Shown piece by piece: positions 1 to 14,399 of a stretch of DNA of 64,000 nt. The position numbers and the translations under genes are program-made. Each line of letters opens with the position of its first letter. Position 1 is the stretch's first letter. The stretch is from Pecten maximus (Eukaryota), in assembly GCF_902652985.1 (NCBI RefSeq), contig NC_047019.1, forward strand, positions 36,766,001 through 36,830,000. The letters run 5' to 3'. The notes under the pieces are model-generated. The model saw nothing but the letters and a program-made list of their open reading frames with translations, had not been told where the DNA came from and made no database searches.

Positions 1-1639
1 GTCATTTTTGTTTAGATTGAATACAATAATAAAATACATACAAATCAAAGAACCCTGATAAATCGGAAGTTTAATTGGCATTTACCATCAATGAGTATTG
101 GTAATTTCCAACACAACATACTGTTAATTTTCACCTGATTTACATTAATTAACAGTACATATAAATGCACTAAGATAACTTTTCTCACATGTACAAAACA
201 AAATCAGTTGATTTAACCAGAGACATATTAATTTAAGGTCTTTTATTTAACCTTATATGGTAAATATTTGAAGTTTTAATTCTATCAATTTAATAATATA
301 ACCTTTAAGTTAAATTTTATTTCAGATTGTTTGGTCAAGATTACTAAATCAACAAATCAATAAGAAATTGAACCAATTGTCTAAGACTTGGAACTTCACA
401 TCAATATTCTGTATGTATAGCCTTGTCATAATCACTTGTTTTTATTCATAATATGTCAGTCACTTAAGAGACAACATTGTCTCTGATTCATGACTTATAT
501 TGATAATGAATAAGTGTGGTCAACCATGATAACTTATAACACATTTTAATATCTGAACTGTGAATGGCAGCTTTAAAGGTGATATTAACATCAGAACCCT
601 TCCGATTAAGGTCATCATAGCATGAGTTACCATTCTTTTGAAATCTTAAATGAATAGTAAAAAGAAATAGAAAATAACTGCAACTGCTTTAATATAATTT
701 GGTGTACAATAAAGTATCTAGGAACTCAACTGAAATTAAACATTAAGTTAAAAACACTATATAAATTAACATTGAAGGTGCATGATCTAATGTTAATTTC
801 ATCACTTTCTGAAAACAAAAATCAACATAAAAGAATCACAATAATTGAAAACTTTGTTATATAAATCATGCAATATATTTACATTCATGCAGAACTTAGC
901 AATTTTGTAAAAATAATGATGATTTAAGCTGATATCAAGAATCTATACATGTAACATATTTCACATGTTCAATATTCAAAGAAATTTAAGCTTTATGTAA
1001 ACCTGAAAAAAAAGTGTAGAAACTTACAAAAAATGTTACCTGAAATTCATTAATCACTTGAGTTTTTTGCTTATAAATAGAACAAAAACAAAATGAAATA
1101 CAAATACTATTTTCAATTCAGGCATATGGATACAATATGCAGCCAACTAAAATTAGATTTGTAATGCTACATTTATGCATTAATTACACATATTTGCAAC
1201 AACTCATACATAATCTTTTTAAAAAAATCAGTCTTTCAGCTAACGATATATCATTTATAGTATATTTAGTTAAATGCAAATATATGTTACTATATATATC
1301 TAGAAACTCCTACAGTACATGGATCAATTAGCAAACATTAAACTGTGCAGATCGATTAAAATCATCCCCATGAGTATCTAGTTTACTTGTATATATGTTA
1401 TCAAAATGTGTTTCCAGTGATTATTATTCTACCTATTCAATGAAGATATTTTACTTACGGTTTTCAAAAATTGTCCTTAGTTTGTTTTGAATTTCTATAT
1501 ATACATCACATTGATAGAAGAATTTTAGTGTTATCCTCTGAACGTGAGAAACAGAAAACTGTTCAGACTTCTGGCGAAAAGCAAGCCATACCTTGAATTT
1601 AGCTACACATACACAATTTCTGAGAAACGTCCAAAATAA

Positions 1640-2307
1640 AAAGTTCAAGCATTCGTGGAACAGGAAGGGAAAATGCTTGCTGGATTCCCCGAATAAGTTA
1701 TCTTACACAGTGACCTACTTTCGGTTTATCAATTGACATGTATCTCACCGTGACGGACTTTGTTTTACATAAAATGACTGCATAAAAAAAATGTCGCGAA
1801 TAATGTCCAGTATATACCAACCGTCTTAATGGCAAGAAGTCGCTTAGTAGTTGACCCCATGTTTACTAGTACTCGTAAAGCTAACAATTTACTCATCTCA
1901 CATTCTCAGTATGACAGCAGGAACGAAATGACCTGTGATTTTGACCTTTGACTGTGAAGTACGTCACAAAAACTGTGTAAAAGCTAACATCATTAAAAAT
2001 AAATATAATAGATTCAGGTTGTAAATACATTTCATTCTAATAATTATACATAAACTTTATCAATATGATAAGTTACAGCCAATCTATTAATTTTGTCAAA
2101 GATCAGAAACAAATGATTTATTTCGTAATTTATTTTTCCTTAAGCGACGGCCACTATGACGTTTTTCACAGAGCAATGAGGACATGCGAATGGAAGTTTC
2201 GTAAGGTTATTTTCATTATGCATTATATGTTGTTTATAGTCTCTTTAATCTAAATTAACTAGCATGGAAAAGGAAAAGTGAATGGACAAAATCTTTAGGC
2301 CAAGAAA
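1640..2307. promoter_or_regulatory. Probable PDSS2 promoter, possibly bidirectional
   Basis: CpG is locally raised relative to the flanks. TGACCTACTTT at 1711-1721 (reverse AAAGTAGGTCA, ROR/Rev-erb-type site) and TGACCTTTGACT near 1942. Minus-strand donor-like sites at 1453-1458 and 1743-1748. Confidence 0.45.
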
Positions 2308-5300
2308 ATGTTCACCATACTCCCCAAAACGGTTCGGTATGCGTTTGTTCAGTCAAGATCGTTATGCCAAAGACGTCAGCAGGTTTACCGGTATGCGACA
2401 TGGCCATGGTCCGACACACCAAGCACATCACCGAGTTGGAGCAAAGCTGTCTCGGACGCAGAAAAGATTGTGGGTTATCCAACGTCGTTTATGAGTCTGC
2501 GATGCTTACTAAGCGATGAAATTTCCAACGTGGCAATGCTGATGAGAAAATTAGTTGGAACAAGACATCCTCTTCTGAAAACTGCAAGGTGATAATTTTC
2601 TGTTTCAGCTAGCTACAGTAGAGGCATTTGGAGTCTGTTATGAACCAGCTTAAGTCTGTTTTTACACTATCATTCAGCAGTGTTAACTTTAATGTATGCA
2701 ATCCACAAGATGGAGCTAATAGCAAGAATAATGATCATGAGTTTATGATTTTTTATGAGTTTTTGTGATGAGTTTATGAAGGCAAATATCAAATATTCTT
2801 TTAAAGCCGAGAAAATATCAGAAATCTTAGAAGTATACACCCAGTAGCCTCATTAATATTTGATGCATTGCTTAATTTATAGATTGACATGAGATGGCCC
2901 AAAAGATTAATTTTTATTGGAAACTACGTATACGTACCTTTTGTATGTAAGGTATCATTGTATAATCTCTCAGTTTTAATTCCTTAATGCTATAGTATCT
3001 GTGGTAACCACTTATAAAATAATATAATATATATATTATAATCAATCAGTATATGCTTTATGTTTCTAGGGGCCTTGTCGTTGATGGAAAATACAACATG
3101 CAGACCAGAGGACTCCTTGTACTTCTTATATCTAAATCAGCTGGTGCCGCACAGAGTGTATTCAATGATTTATCAGATCCAGATGTCGTAGATGGTATTC
3201 ACAAAAGGTTTGTAAGCTCTCTATACTTGCATATATAGTGAATTGCAATAATAATTTCAGCAAAAATTATATGTATACAAATCTACAAATCTTATCCTTG
3301 GACTGCACAGACAAATAAATATGCATTATCAACAAATACAGATACAGGAAGACATTTACATGATAGTGAATAAACAAGTGTAGTGACTAGTTTTTGTCCT
3401 CATGCACACATGCCCTTTCATTAAGAAAATGATTCTGTTCCCATGTTATTAGGAATAGCCCATCATCATCAGATGGTGAGATAATCAAATCACCATGTGT
3501 CTGTGGTCCATATGTTGTTGTTCCGTCAATGTGTAGCCTACAGGCGACCATCTTGGATTTAGAGAATTGAAGTTTGTTGTCGCTATTTCTTGAAAGGTTC
3601 TGGAGGGATATTCCTAAAGCTTCATGTGTAGGTTCCCCTTGTCCCTAGTTGTGCCATTTGAATTTAAGATTTTTGATCAGAAAAATAAAATGGCCGACAA
3701 GTGGCCATCTTGGATTTTGAAATTGAATGTTGTTATCGCTATTTCATGAAAAGTACTGGAGATATATATCCTCCAAACTTATGTGTAGGTTCCCCCTGTC
3801 CCAAGTTGTGCCAATTGAATTTAGATTTTTAGTCAGAAAAAAAACAAAATGGCCAACAGGCAACCATCATGAATTTTGAGAATTGAAATTTGTTTTCATT
3901 ATTTCTTGAAAAGTACTTGAGGGATATTCCTAAAACTTCATGTGTAGGTTCCCATTGGTCCCTAGTTGTGCCATTGAATTTAGATTTTTGATCATAAAAA
4001 CAAAATGGCCGTTGATATTTCCTGAAAAGTATAGGTATTGGAAGAATTTTTCTCAATCTATACACGTAGGTTCCATGTGTTCATGTTATCAGATTAGTAA
4101 GAGGGAAACATAGAGAGAAGATCTTGACCGTCTGACATGTAACCTTTCAAGATCATCCAATGGTGGGCGCCAAGATCCCTCTGGGTGATTGAAATCCAGA
4201 TTCTTTATTTATAGCAAATACATCTAACTGATATGAAATCTGTAAAGTAAAATACGTATTCAAAAGAACAGTCACTCATTGTATTCATATATATTGAAAA
4301 TAATATTGTACTGAAATTATTACATGGTAAATTCAATAATTATTTGGACAGTATTAGCCTGTACTTTGCTGTCAGCCTCATTAACAGAAAACATCAGTGT
4401 AATTATATAGCTTTATATTGTATAATTACATGTACTTGTAAATGCTTTATTTCTTTTCTTACACATTTGTTATTTGAACAAGACTTGCATATACCTGGAT
4501 ATCCCTAACTTTTACTCTATAATTCAACAGTCAGCGGACCTTAGCAGAGATTACAGAAATGATCTACACTGCAAACCTTATCCATAAAGGTGTTATAAAC
4601 CTCTCGGCGCTCACCCCAGAGGATGGTCCCGCACAGGATATGGAGTTCGGAAACAAAATGGCTGTCCTCAGTGGAGATTTCCTTTTGGCTAGTGCCTGCA
4701 CAGGCTTAGCAGAACTTAATAATACTAAGGTGCTATAATATTTCATACATCAAAATATATATGTATATATCATTAGATTTTTACATCTATTTCAATTCTT
4801 TAAAAAATCATTTCACAAATATTGACTTAGAAGATACAAGTTCATCATTGCAGATGAATAATTTTAATAAGAAAATTATCAAGTACTTAATTATATGAAT
4901 GATTAATTACTGCCACAAGGACTTTATTATTAGTTCCAACCTTCAGTCCATATATGTATCATATATAACCCATGGCTTAGGTATGTTTGGCTTGTCCCTG
5001 AGATTATGACATTGTAAGGATGGAATAGCTGTAGTCTGTTCTTGTTTTAATTGAATTAAGTTAGCACATAGTTAAGATAGTTTGTTCTTTATTTACTACT
5101 ACATGATAAGGGGATGTTGTTAGTCAAGTCTGTAGTCTATATTTTGTTATTTTCTAAGTAGTAAAAATGGATGAGCCTGTTGTCTGTTCTTGTTTTAATT
5201 CTTTGCATGCTTTTTTTATATATTGTGTAGGTTGTTGAAAACATATCCTTGGCCATTGGTAATCTGATGGAGTCTGAATTCACAGAACTGCGAGATACTG

Positions 5301-6482
5301 ATGGAAAACCTGTGCTTCCCTCAACTGTTAAGTTTGATGATTGGGTGCGACAGACATTCCTGGCATCAGGGAGTTTACTAGCTAGGAGTTGTCAGTCAGC
5401 CATAGAACTTTGTAATCAAGATGATGATGTCCTAAAAGCTGCTTTTGCCTTTGGTGAAAATATGGCATATGCACACCAGGTAGAGGTTGGGTTTTTTATA
5501 CAATAAATGCGGCAATCCAGAAAAGTTGTTTATTTACACATGAAGTGAAAAATATAGGTAGTACACAGTTATTAAATAATTAATGTAAGCGCTGGCTATG
5601 TGTTCGGAAAAAAATAATAAAGAAACAATAACATGTATATTAAAGATGTGTCATACTTACTGAAATTTTATGGAAACATGAGCTTGTCTACCTAACATAT
5701 CAATCAGAAATGGTGTATATATTTTGTCCTCTTCAATTTTCATCTTAAACCAAGTCACTCTTGCTTTAATAATCGTGTCTTTTAGAATAAAACTTGCACC
5801 ATACATATCATTTTGATTTGTACTAGATGCAGGAAGACCTTAAACCTTTCCTAAAGCCAGAGGATCACCTACAAGAATTAACACTGACTTCTGCACCTGT
5901 CATCAAGTATCTAGAACACAAGTCTACACAACAAAGACCCTTAGGAGCCATTAACTTTAAAAAGGTCAGTTATATTGATATTTAATTAGTTTCCATGGGA
6001 TTTTGTGCATATTATTATATGTATTGATGTTTATTGACAGTTACAGGCATCACATCTGTTTCTGTAGACTTTCAGTTATGATACCTAGTAGGCAAGACAT
6101 ATTTTGGCCTTGAGTGACACTTTGCAAAAATGTTTGCTGATGTCGACTCAGATATTTCAAAATGTGCTTTTTTTCTAAATCATAAGTTTGTGTGATTTGA
6201 ACCAATCAAAATGAAGTTATGTTTTCTGTTTATTTTTTATATAGGATATGTTTAATTGCATATTAAAGAGAATATGATCTGATATAAAATGTCATACTTC
6301 ATTATCAATTTTCATTATGTTTTCAGATTGTAGAATTAGTGAAGGAAAGTCAGGCTCTGGCGGAATGTGAACAGTTGTGTTTTGAGTACGGACAGAAAGC
6401 TAAGGCAGCACTACGTGTGTTTCCTGAATCGGACGCTCATAATGCATTAATAAATATTGTGAATGCTACAGCAGTTTCATAA
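2308..6482 (+). CDS. PDSS2: All-trans-polyprenyl (decaprenyl) diphosphate synthase subunit 2; 6 exons, 386 aa; coenzyme Q side-chain synthesis
   Basis: Exons 2308-2588, 3070-3207, 4531-4729, 5231-5479, 5827-5964 and 6327-6482. All introns are GT-AG, phases are consistent, and the total is 1161 nt ending in TAA. PDSS2-type motifs: [101 protein letters not shown]. It lacks the DDxxD motifs of the catalytic PDSS1 subunit. The basic N-terminus fits mitochondrial targeting. AATAAA at 7083-7088. Confidence 0.95.
3445..4190 (+). mobile_element. Degenerate non-autonomous Helentron-type element (HINE/DINE-like) in PDSS2 intron 2
   Basis: 5' end with hairpin (catc..atcagatg-gtg). About three internal ~158-bp units (ccatcttggatt-like anchors at 3548, 3705, 3864). 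3' end ggtgggcgccaagatccctctggg with subterminal repeat and hairpin remnant. Confidence 0.65.
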
Positions 6483-6486
6483 CAAA

Positions 6487-6690
6487 TGTAGATGTTTATG
6501 TGAGAGAGAGTGTATATGTATGTTTATGTGAGAGAGAGTGTATATGTATGTTTATGTGAGAGAGAGTGTATATGTATGTTTATGTGAGGGAGAGTGTATA
6601 TGTAGGTTTATGTGAGAGAGAGTGTATATGTAGGTTTATGTGTCAGAGTGTACATGTAGGTTTATGTGAGAGAGTACATATATGTTTTTG
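6487..6690. repeat. 28-bp tandem repeat (~7 copies) in PDSS2 3' UTR
   Basis: Unit atgtatgtttatgtgagagagagtgtat; tttatgtgag recurs at 6495, 6523, 6551. Confidence 0.9.
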
Positions 6691-7157
6691 TACAGAGTGT
6701 TATATTTTCTACTTAACATTTTCAATTAGAAGATTAAATGATGGAAGAATTAGTTTCCAATACCTAGCTGTGAAACTTCATTACAGTTCTGAACAGTTTT
6801 CCGTCTGAGAATTGGTTTTACATGATATTTTTGTTTTCTATGAATGCGAAAACCTTGATTCACCGAGTAGATATATAGTTGACATTAAATCCTGGCCATT
6901 TCATTTTCTTGTCAAATAAGTTAGATAATGTTTTTGTATTTCCTGGTCCAACAGTGCATTGTATCAAAAATAGATATTAACTTTCAGGGACCCTTATGTC
7001 TGTTTTTAAAGCTACATGTACACACATAAAATTGTGAATATAAATGTATAAAATTCATTTGTAAAACAGAAGTGGTTATCCTAATAAAGATTTTACGATT
7101 GTTATTAAAGTCTACTTTGTTTTTTCTTCATTTTCTACCATTTGTCATATTAACTGA

Positions 7158-7933
7158 TTTTTAGCTCACCTGGTCCAAAAGAACAAGATGAGCTTATGGC
7201 AAACCATTGTCAGGTGTCCGTCTGTGAAAAATTGACTTCTTAACTGCTGATGAGAATTTAGACAAATTTGGTAGGAAGCATCCTAATGTGACTGGGATTA
7301 AATGTATACGAAAGATGAGGCTGATCCTCCAGGGGTCTAAGGGACTGGGCAAAAAGGGGTCCATTTAGCAATATTGATATTAAAGACCTCTTCTCTGGAA
7401 TCAAGCAATGTATGACATTGATATTTCATTGGTGACATCCCTAGGTGGCTTGGATTCAAACTTATACAAATGCTGGATTTGTCTCTCCGGGGGCCTGAGT
7501 ATCGGGGCCAAAAGGGGTCCATTTGGCAATATTGATATTAAAGACTTCTTCTCTGGAACCAAGCAATGTATGACATTCCTAGGTGGATGGATTCAAACTT
7601 ATAAAATGATATACCTGACCCACCCAGGGGCCGGGCAAAAGGGAGCAATTGGACCATATTGCTACATTTATAAAGGACTTCTTGTATTTTTGAAATTATT
7701 GAGATCCCCACCCCCTAACCATATATATTAAACACATCCATGTTAAGTATTGACTTTATTTCTGGGTTATATCTTTGAAACATTTGAGATCCACACACCA
7801 TAATTATATATATAACATTGTTAGACATCAACAAATAAAGCTACAATGTATTAACAAATGAAATATGAACATTATTTTGAAGTTGGCTCAAATAAACCAG
7901 GTGAGCGATAAGGCCCGGTGGGCCTCTTGTTTT
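7158..7933 (+). mobile_element. Non-autonomous Helentron-type element (HINE)
   Basis: Subterminal inverted repeats gctcacctg (7164-7172) and caggtgagc (7898-7906). 3' hairpin aggccc-ggt-gggcct (7911-7925). T-rich insertion site and internal ~158-bp duplicated units (~7347 and ~7505). Confidence 0.8.
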
Positions 7934-8416
7934 TATGAAAATTGGTGTTCAGCTATCAAATATTTGTCAGTATAGAACAGGACACGGTAGATAAATAATT
8001 TGCTGCATTCATCGAAATAAAATACATTTTAGATGTAAATGTAAGGATTAAGTAGCTTTTTACCTCATTACCTGGTGTAGGAACAAGAGGAATGTGACAC
8101 GGTATTATGATACTGTAATGTGTTTACTACATATGTAGTATTTAATGTAAACCTATCTGGTCTTGATGTTTAAAAAAACAGAAGAAAAAACATTTAATTG
8201 AAAAAGTTTAGGCATCGATTTATACAATTAAAAGACCCACTCTAGGTTACAGTGTAGTTTAATAGTATTTGTAATTTAAACATGCAATATACAAAATAAC
8301 AAGTTCTTTTTTATTTTGTTTTATTACAAAAAAAGGATAATAAAATCTGTATGTGTAAACGATTGACAATCATCGATGCAATGTTGTTTTGTAATCACAA
8401 GAACCAACGTTAATAT

Positions 8417-11400
8417 TTATGATTTCATTGCTAGGTATAGAAACGTGAAAAAGGCGGCGCTATCTATGAAGGTCCTAAACATATGGCGATAGTTCCATCT
8501 GTCTATGGCACCACGGACCCACATCTCACCTGGAAGTATACAAATATTGTTATAAAATGAAAATTGCATCAAAACGTAATAAAAAGACGGATATATATTA
8601 CAATAACATTAAGACACCTGTTATCTTTTTATCTCTTGATTAATACTATTGTTAAATAAATTATGATAACTATTAAAATTGCACAAATGTAGCACGCGAA
8701 AAAAAAGTTAGTTGGTGGGAAAATATATTGAAAAACTTCCATGTATATTGATAATTATCACTAATGATAGTATAAAAGAATAGTAGTATGATGCTTAATT
8801 GATACATGTTTCCACTATTAATATCACCAGTTTGTAAGACTACGATGTTTTTATTGTTTTAAGTAATGAATTATATACAATTACACCAGTTTTACTGGCA
8901 TGGATCACTGTATTATAAGTGTTTGGTATTTAATATCTGACTGATATAAATGTATGCTAATGACTAAAGATATGTACACTAACAGCTATATCCTACTGAT
9001 TTCCTAGTTTTACGATTTCATCCTGTAAACAACACCCACATAATGTGTATGAGTTTACCAGTACCTTTCTTTTCGACTACTTCCTTGTCCAGGAGGATAT
9101 TTATCTCCGGTAACATCACTACCACCGAGTAGACGCCTCCGAGTAGGAACAAAACGGGCCCAGACAGCCAGTAGTATTTGTACTCCGAATCTTCCTGGAA
9201 AAACAGGGCAGTCGCACAACCCGCACCTATCAGGCCGATAGACGGCTACAAGTAGGGGGAAAAGAAGAGGAGACAATATCAAGTGTATAAGTGACAATGA
9301 ACAAATGCAACTTTAAGAGTAGATATGCAACTAAAAAGGAGAATAGAGGACATCAAAAAATCAACAATCAATTCAGAAAATAATGTGGAACCATAGGAGC
9401 TTAGCACGTTTATAAGTCCAGGACCGATTATAGACTAATATATACACTGTAGAGACTATATTAGTCTATAATCGGTCTCGGACTTATAAACGTGCTAAGC
9501 ACCTAAAGTGGAACTTCTTTAATCAACAACAGGTAAGTGACGCTTTCATTATTCTCTTTATTACAGAATATATTTTACAGATTTATCACATAAATGATTC
9601 ATTATTTTCACACCAACACATGAGCTAGTACACCTAGGTTCAGGATAGAATTGAGCTGGAATCCAGTTCTGATTCCTTATTATGTATAGATTTGTAAGTG
9701 GATAGCATGTCAGGATTTCATCCCGCTTATTACAATACATTGTCAAAACTCTAATCTGGCTTCAGTAATGTGAATGGATACATTCTATAAATATCTAAAT
9801 CCACGGTGCATTTGTTGCATTTTAACTGATGTACATATTCAATTGTGTTACTTACAAAACTTTTCTTTGTTAAAGTTGTGCTGTTATGTAATTGTGAGCC
9901 GTTAAATAAAGAACATTTTCATGTGTAAAAGTTCATTCCAATCACTGTTTTACTTGAGGTAATAATAAGAATAACTGATTTATAGTTTGCTTTGCATATA
10001 TACATGCCACCTGTTTTTTATGAGGTACATTCACATGCAGTTTTTATTGTTCTTGGCACGAATAGATGGAATTGTTTAAATCCTATTATTCACAAATTGA
10101 TAATCTAGCTTATTTCGAATTATTTATAATCAAAAGACTGCAAGATAGAATACATAACGTCAAGATTTGGCGTACATTTGTGAGCCGTAGACATGGGAAT
10201 TTTAGGAGAGATTGTGCTGCCTATTCAATGTAATAAACAGAATATCTAACAGTATCTTCAGTAATACCAAATATATTTCACGAGTGTGGCTAATATTTTT
10301 TGATATTTATCACGATCGCGTAGCTTGAGTGAAACATATCAATATATTTGGTATTACTGAAGATACTGGCAGATACACTGTACCCTCTATATCAAATACC
10401 TACTCTGTTATGCACTCTTTGCAAATCCGAGTCATTACAACGTTAAACAAATATAGCAACTGCTAAAAGTGATGTTTCTCTTGAAAAATAATAATAAAGA
10501 GTGGGAAGAATGAGGGAAAATGCTTCTTTAGACTTAGAATGACAAGATTTGTATATTTATATCAATTATTAAATATATTATATTGAACACTGACAGTTCG
10601 TGTTAAAAAAACTATCTTTGAGTAAGTTACATAAATAGAACAATTGTCAATGATTTAGTCTCAATGCTTCTAACCTGTTTTCCCCCCTATCAACTGTCTG
10701 TCCTTGTCTCTGTGTCTGTTGGGTGTGGTGTTTGTGTTTTTCTGTTTTTTGTTTTCGTCCGTCTGTGTCTTTTTAAGTGTCTATCTGGCAGCTCGTCTGT
10801 CTTGTCTTTCTTTCTATTACTCTTATCGTCGTTTCTTTATTTGTCCGAATTTACCTAACTGCACCTGACTAGTATTTTCAGTTTTTATTTTCAAAGGTGT
10901 CGTGTAGGAAAGTCCTATAAAGAGTGTGGCGTGTGCCTAATATGAATGGTTTTCTGATACAAATGGTCATAACTTATTTGAGTGTATATGCAATGTTGGA
11001 TAAGGATGTTTCCATAAAGACGTATGATATGAAATGTCTACGATAATGTACAAAATGTTCAATATTCAAGGTCAATATAGTTCTATGTTTTGTGTGAATT
11101 ATGAACATGAATGTTTCTATACAGATAATAGTGTGTATAAAATGTTTAATATGAATGATCTATACAGAGTTATGATGTGTATGAAAAATCTTATATAAAT
11201 GGAAGTTTGGGTATTCTGTGTATGAAAGGTTCAATATGAATGCTCAATACAGATGTGTGGTGGTGTCTGTGAAAGATTTCATATGAAGGTATGCTGTATA
11301 TCAATTGTTATATATGAATGACAATGCAGTTGTATGGTGTGTATGAAATGTTTGATATGAATGGAAGCTTGAGTATTACGTGTATGATGTTTTCAATATC

Positions 11401-12603
11401 GATGATCTCTACAGATGTATGGTGTCTTTGAAATATTTAATATGCAGATATGCTGTATATGGAATGTTAAATATTATTACTCAATATACAGATATATGGT
11501 GTGTATGAAATGTCTGATATGGATGGAAATTAGAGTATTCTATGTTTGAAATGTTCAATATGAGCACGCAATACTTTGTACTTTTTAGTTTGTGAGGTAG
11601 CCAAATTTTGTCATGTGTATGTATTTGAAAACTAAATGAAAATATAAGATAAAAATGAGTACTTACTCTGATGGGCGGATACGTGTAATTACAGGTCCTC
11701 ATTACATGTCAATATAAGCTTCGACACATGTGACATATGTTGGAGGTAATTTAGGAATTTTGTATTTCTGGTGAAAAGTAGATTATATCAATGTTTTAAA
11801 CTTTGTAATTAACAAATCATAATTTAATCAAATATGTTAAAGATATTTACGCCAATTTAAGCAATAAGCAATATAACATAACATTTTATTAATGCCGTTT
11901 AAGTTTAGTCTACAAGTATGTCTATTTTATTCGGCTAAATGATTGTAGATGGACGAACAATATATTTTTTTATATGTTTTATTCTTTAGGGTTCTGACTA
12001 TCCTACAAGCGCTTGTTTTACCCTATTTCGTGGCGGATAGAGTTTGTTGGATTATATCTGTTTACACTATATATGGGTTCTAACTAGTATACCGGTATGC
12101 TAAAGAAAATACACGCCTAGTTTAATACTTCATTATGAACAAGTTTTCTCGAATTCACACTAATTCTATGTATTTACATAGTGTACCTTACGTTGATTCG
12201 CTCGAGCTGTTTTATGACCTTGACCTCTCTGTACTGTCGCCATGATAAAAGCATACATAGCTTGTAATCTACATTCAAGTATGATAACGTTCGGTGGATA
12301 AAATATAAAAATAATAAAGTTATTAAAACGTCTTATAATACAACTTCAGCTTGTATTTGATACAAAATCTTTCTAAGTACACATAATTCAGACGAGCCAG
12401 ACACTTTTTAAGTACATGTAACTCAGACATACCAGACACTTTTTACCCATGTTGAAGCTGTTGGCCCATTGTTGTCTCTGGGCCTTAACTGGAAGTGTTC
12501 GCCGACTGTGATGCTCCACTGTATTGATATATAATGCTCCTCCAGCAAACAAACCCATCGCTGATGTTGCTCCAAACTTTAAACCCTCTATTAAGGTGAA
12601 CAT
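8417..12603 (-). CDS. DUF1772 / anthrone-oxygenase-like (PF08592-like) multi-pass membrane protein, paralog A; 3 exons, 154 aa
   Basis: Exons 12603-12433 (171 nt), 9245-9065 (181 nt), 8529-8417 (113 nt); GT-AG, 465 nt, TAA stop. Protein MFTLIEGLKFGATSAMGLFAGGALYINTVEHHSRRTLPVKAQRQQWANSFNMGKKCLPSIGLIGAGCATALFFQEDSEYKYYWLSGPVLFLLGGVYSVVVMLPEINILLDKEVVEKKGEMWVRGAIDRWNYRHMFRTFIDSAAFFTFLYLAMKS. It has four hydrophobic segments plus GLFAGxALYIxxVEHxxR, MLPxN and W-xxx-H-xx-RT motifs typical of DUF1772. The family call is from motif recall, not a search. Confidence 0.85.
9392..9507. mobile_element. Palindromic MITE-like hairpin in intron 1 of paralog A
   Basis: 44-bp arms at 9399-9442 and 9457-9500 are reverse complements with 2 mismatches. 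gtggaac flanks both sides (9385-9391, 9508-9514), a possible target-site duplication. Confidence 0.7.
10237..10381. mobile_element. Foldback/MITE-like inverted repeat
   Basis: Perfect 28-bp inverted repeat cagtatcttcagtaataccaaatatatt (10250-10277) vs 10341-10368, with imperfect outward extension. Confidence 0.7.
10930..11570. repeat. Old degenerate minisatellite (~45-50 bp units)
   Basis: Recurrent gtgtatgaaatgttcaatatgaatg / tacagatgtatggtgt variants. Confidence 0.55.
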
Positions 12604-14399
12604 AGTTCTGGTTTGTTCTGTATATCTTTGTAGTCTGCCTCCCCTGTAATAATACGTTTATTGATACAGTGTACCACTAGCCAGGTCGAACTGTACGTAG
12701 ATGAATGGGGAATGTGGGCCGTTTAACAAATACCAGGTGGTTCTTCGTCGACATGATCTGCTGCACGAGAACACTTATCAGACTAAATATTTAATCAGAT
12801 TCGTGTAGCGTCATTGTCGATTATATATTTTTTAAACATGGTGTTCATGTAGGTCATTAGACTGGCCACCAGACCCTAAGCTTGTTTTGTTAAGAATTGC
12901 CAAGCTAAATTCTAGATTATCTGCCCCTAGTTTGAAACTCTAGAATCAGACATATCCTAGGGATCAAAATCAGAAAGCTCAATTTTATTTATAATTTTAA
13001 TATTCTAGAGACAGGGGGCCAGTCTAGTAGGTCATACTCAGGCGGATTCCACGCCATGATGGTTGACCCGGTATACTCAGGTAGATAGTAGCTTCACGTA
13101 TCGCGAGATAATAGATAAATCTGTCAAGTCACTAAGATATTAATTTTGATTAATTTTATATGTTGATGGCGTTACGATTTTTTACAAGGCATCTCAATCG
13201 ATACAAATCCATTAGCTATTCAACATTGACCACTTAGCAACTAAAGATGACAAGAATGATCGTAGCCACAACGTTGCACATATGTAAATACTGCTAAATA
13301 TCATAAAAATATGATAGTTGTGAGTAAGAATTTGAAATAAAGAAACTTTATATATCCGATCATTAACGAAGTTTGTAGAGTGAGAACGACGAAAATCTAT
13401 TTATAGTAAGAGTGACCTCAAATTGAATACCAGGATATTGATTTGCAAATTCATTCAAGAGATCATAGTTGTGAGTAAATGATGGAAGTTAAAGGACAAT
13501 CAAAGTAGTGAGTATGTCAAATATCTATTTATAGTAGCAGATTAGCAGTGACCTCAATTTTGCCTCAGGAGATTTAAACCAAAATTTGTCTAAAGACGAA
13601 GGTTGTGAGTAAGTATATAGAGTTAAAGGACCATGACAATTTAAGTTTCTGATGAGGGCAATCAGGTAAACTGTGAGGTCTATTTAGTATGGGCTTAAAA
13701 CAAATCTCGATTTTTTATGAAGTTGGTAGAGGGAGGACCTATTTTAAAGTAACAGTGACCTCAATTTTGACCTCCGGTGGTAGAAACACCATCTAACAGA
13801 TGATGGTTGGTGATCATGAGTAGGTGTATGAAAAGTCAGGAATATTGGATTATTAATGAAATTGGAAATAGTAACAGTGACCTTATCTTTGACCCCGAGT
13901 GATTGAAACGTGAACTCGTACAAGAATGATGGATGCAAGTGTATGAGGTTTGAAGACAATTGGATCAATCACGAAGTCGGTAGAGAGAAAATGTCGCTTG
14001 TTTCGCACATATATCCCCTTGCAGACTCTTCGCGAGTGGATAACAAAGTACACGTGACACTAACTCGATTTAGCAGATAAAGACATGCGTTCCTTTATCC
14101 CACAATGATCTTTTGATCTTTTACTTCTGTATGAGTGCACTCCATATATACGACAGATGTTTTTGTAATAAAATACATGATAAAAGACTTTCATGTCAGT
14201 CGCGTGTAATTATTTAGGTAATGGTGAAGTGGTAAGAAGTTATTTTCACTTCATTTCTAGGTAAAGGAAGAGGAAGCCTTCATTATTTTTCCTTGAAATC
14301 ATACATGGCGTTACAGTACTTGAAAACATGAAACAACACCTGGTCAAAAATGCAGCTTGTAATTTTCGTATTGAATGTCGTGAAATTTGAAAATGGAAA

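Noticed and set aside
5243-5251. ATATCCTT resembling a U12 (AT-AC) donor
   Set aside because: It lies inside PDSS2 exon 4, which reads through in frame with conserved sequence.
9055-9297. ORF-track 80-aa minus ORF
   Set aside because: Wrong frame. The true exon 2 of paralog A (9245-9065) uses the frame that matches paralog B.
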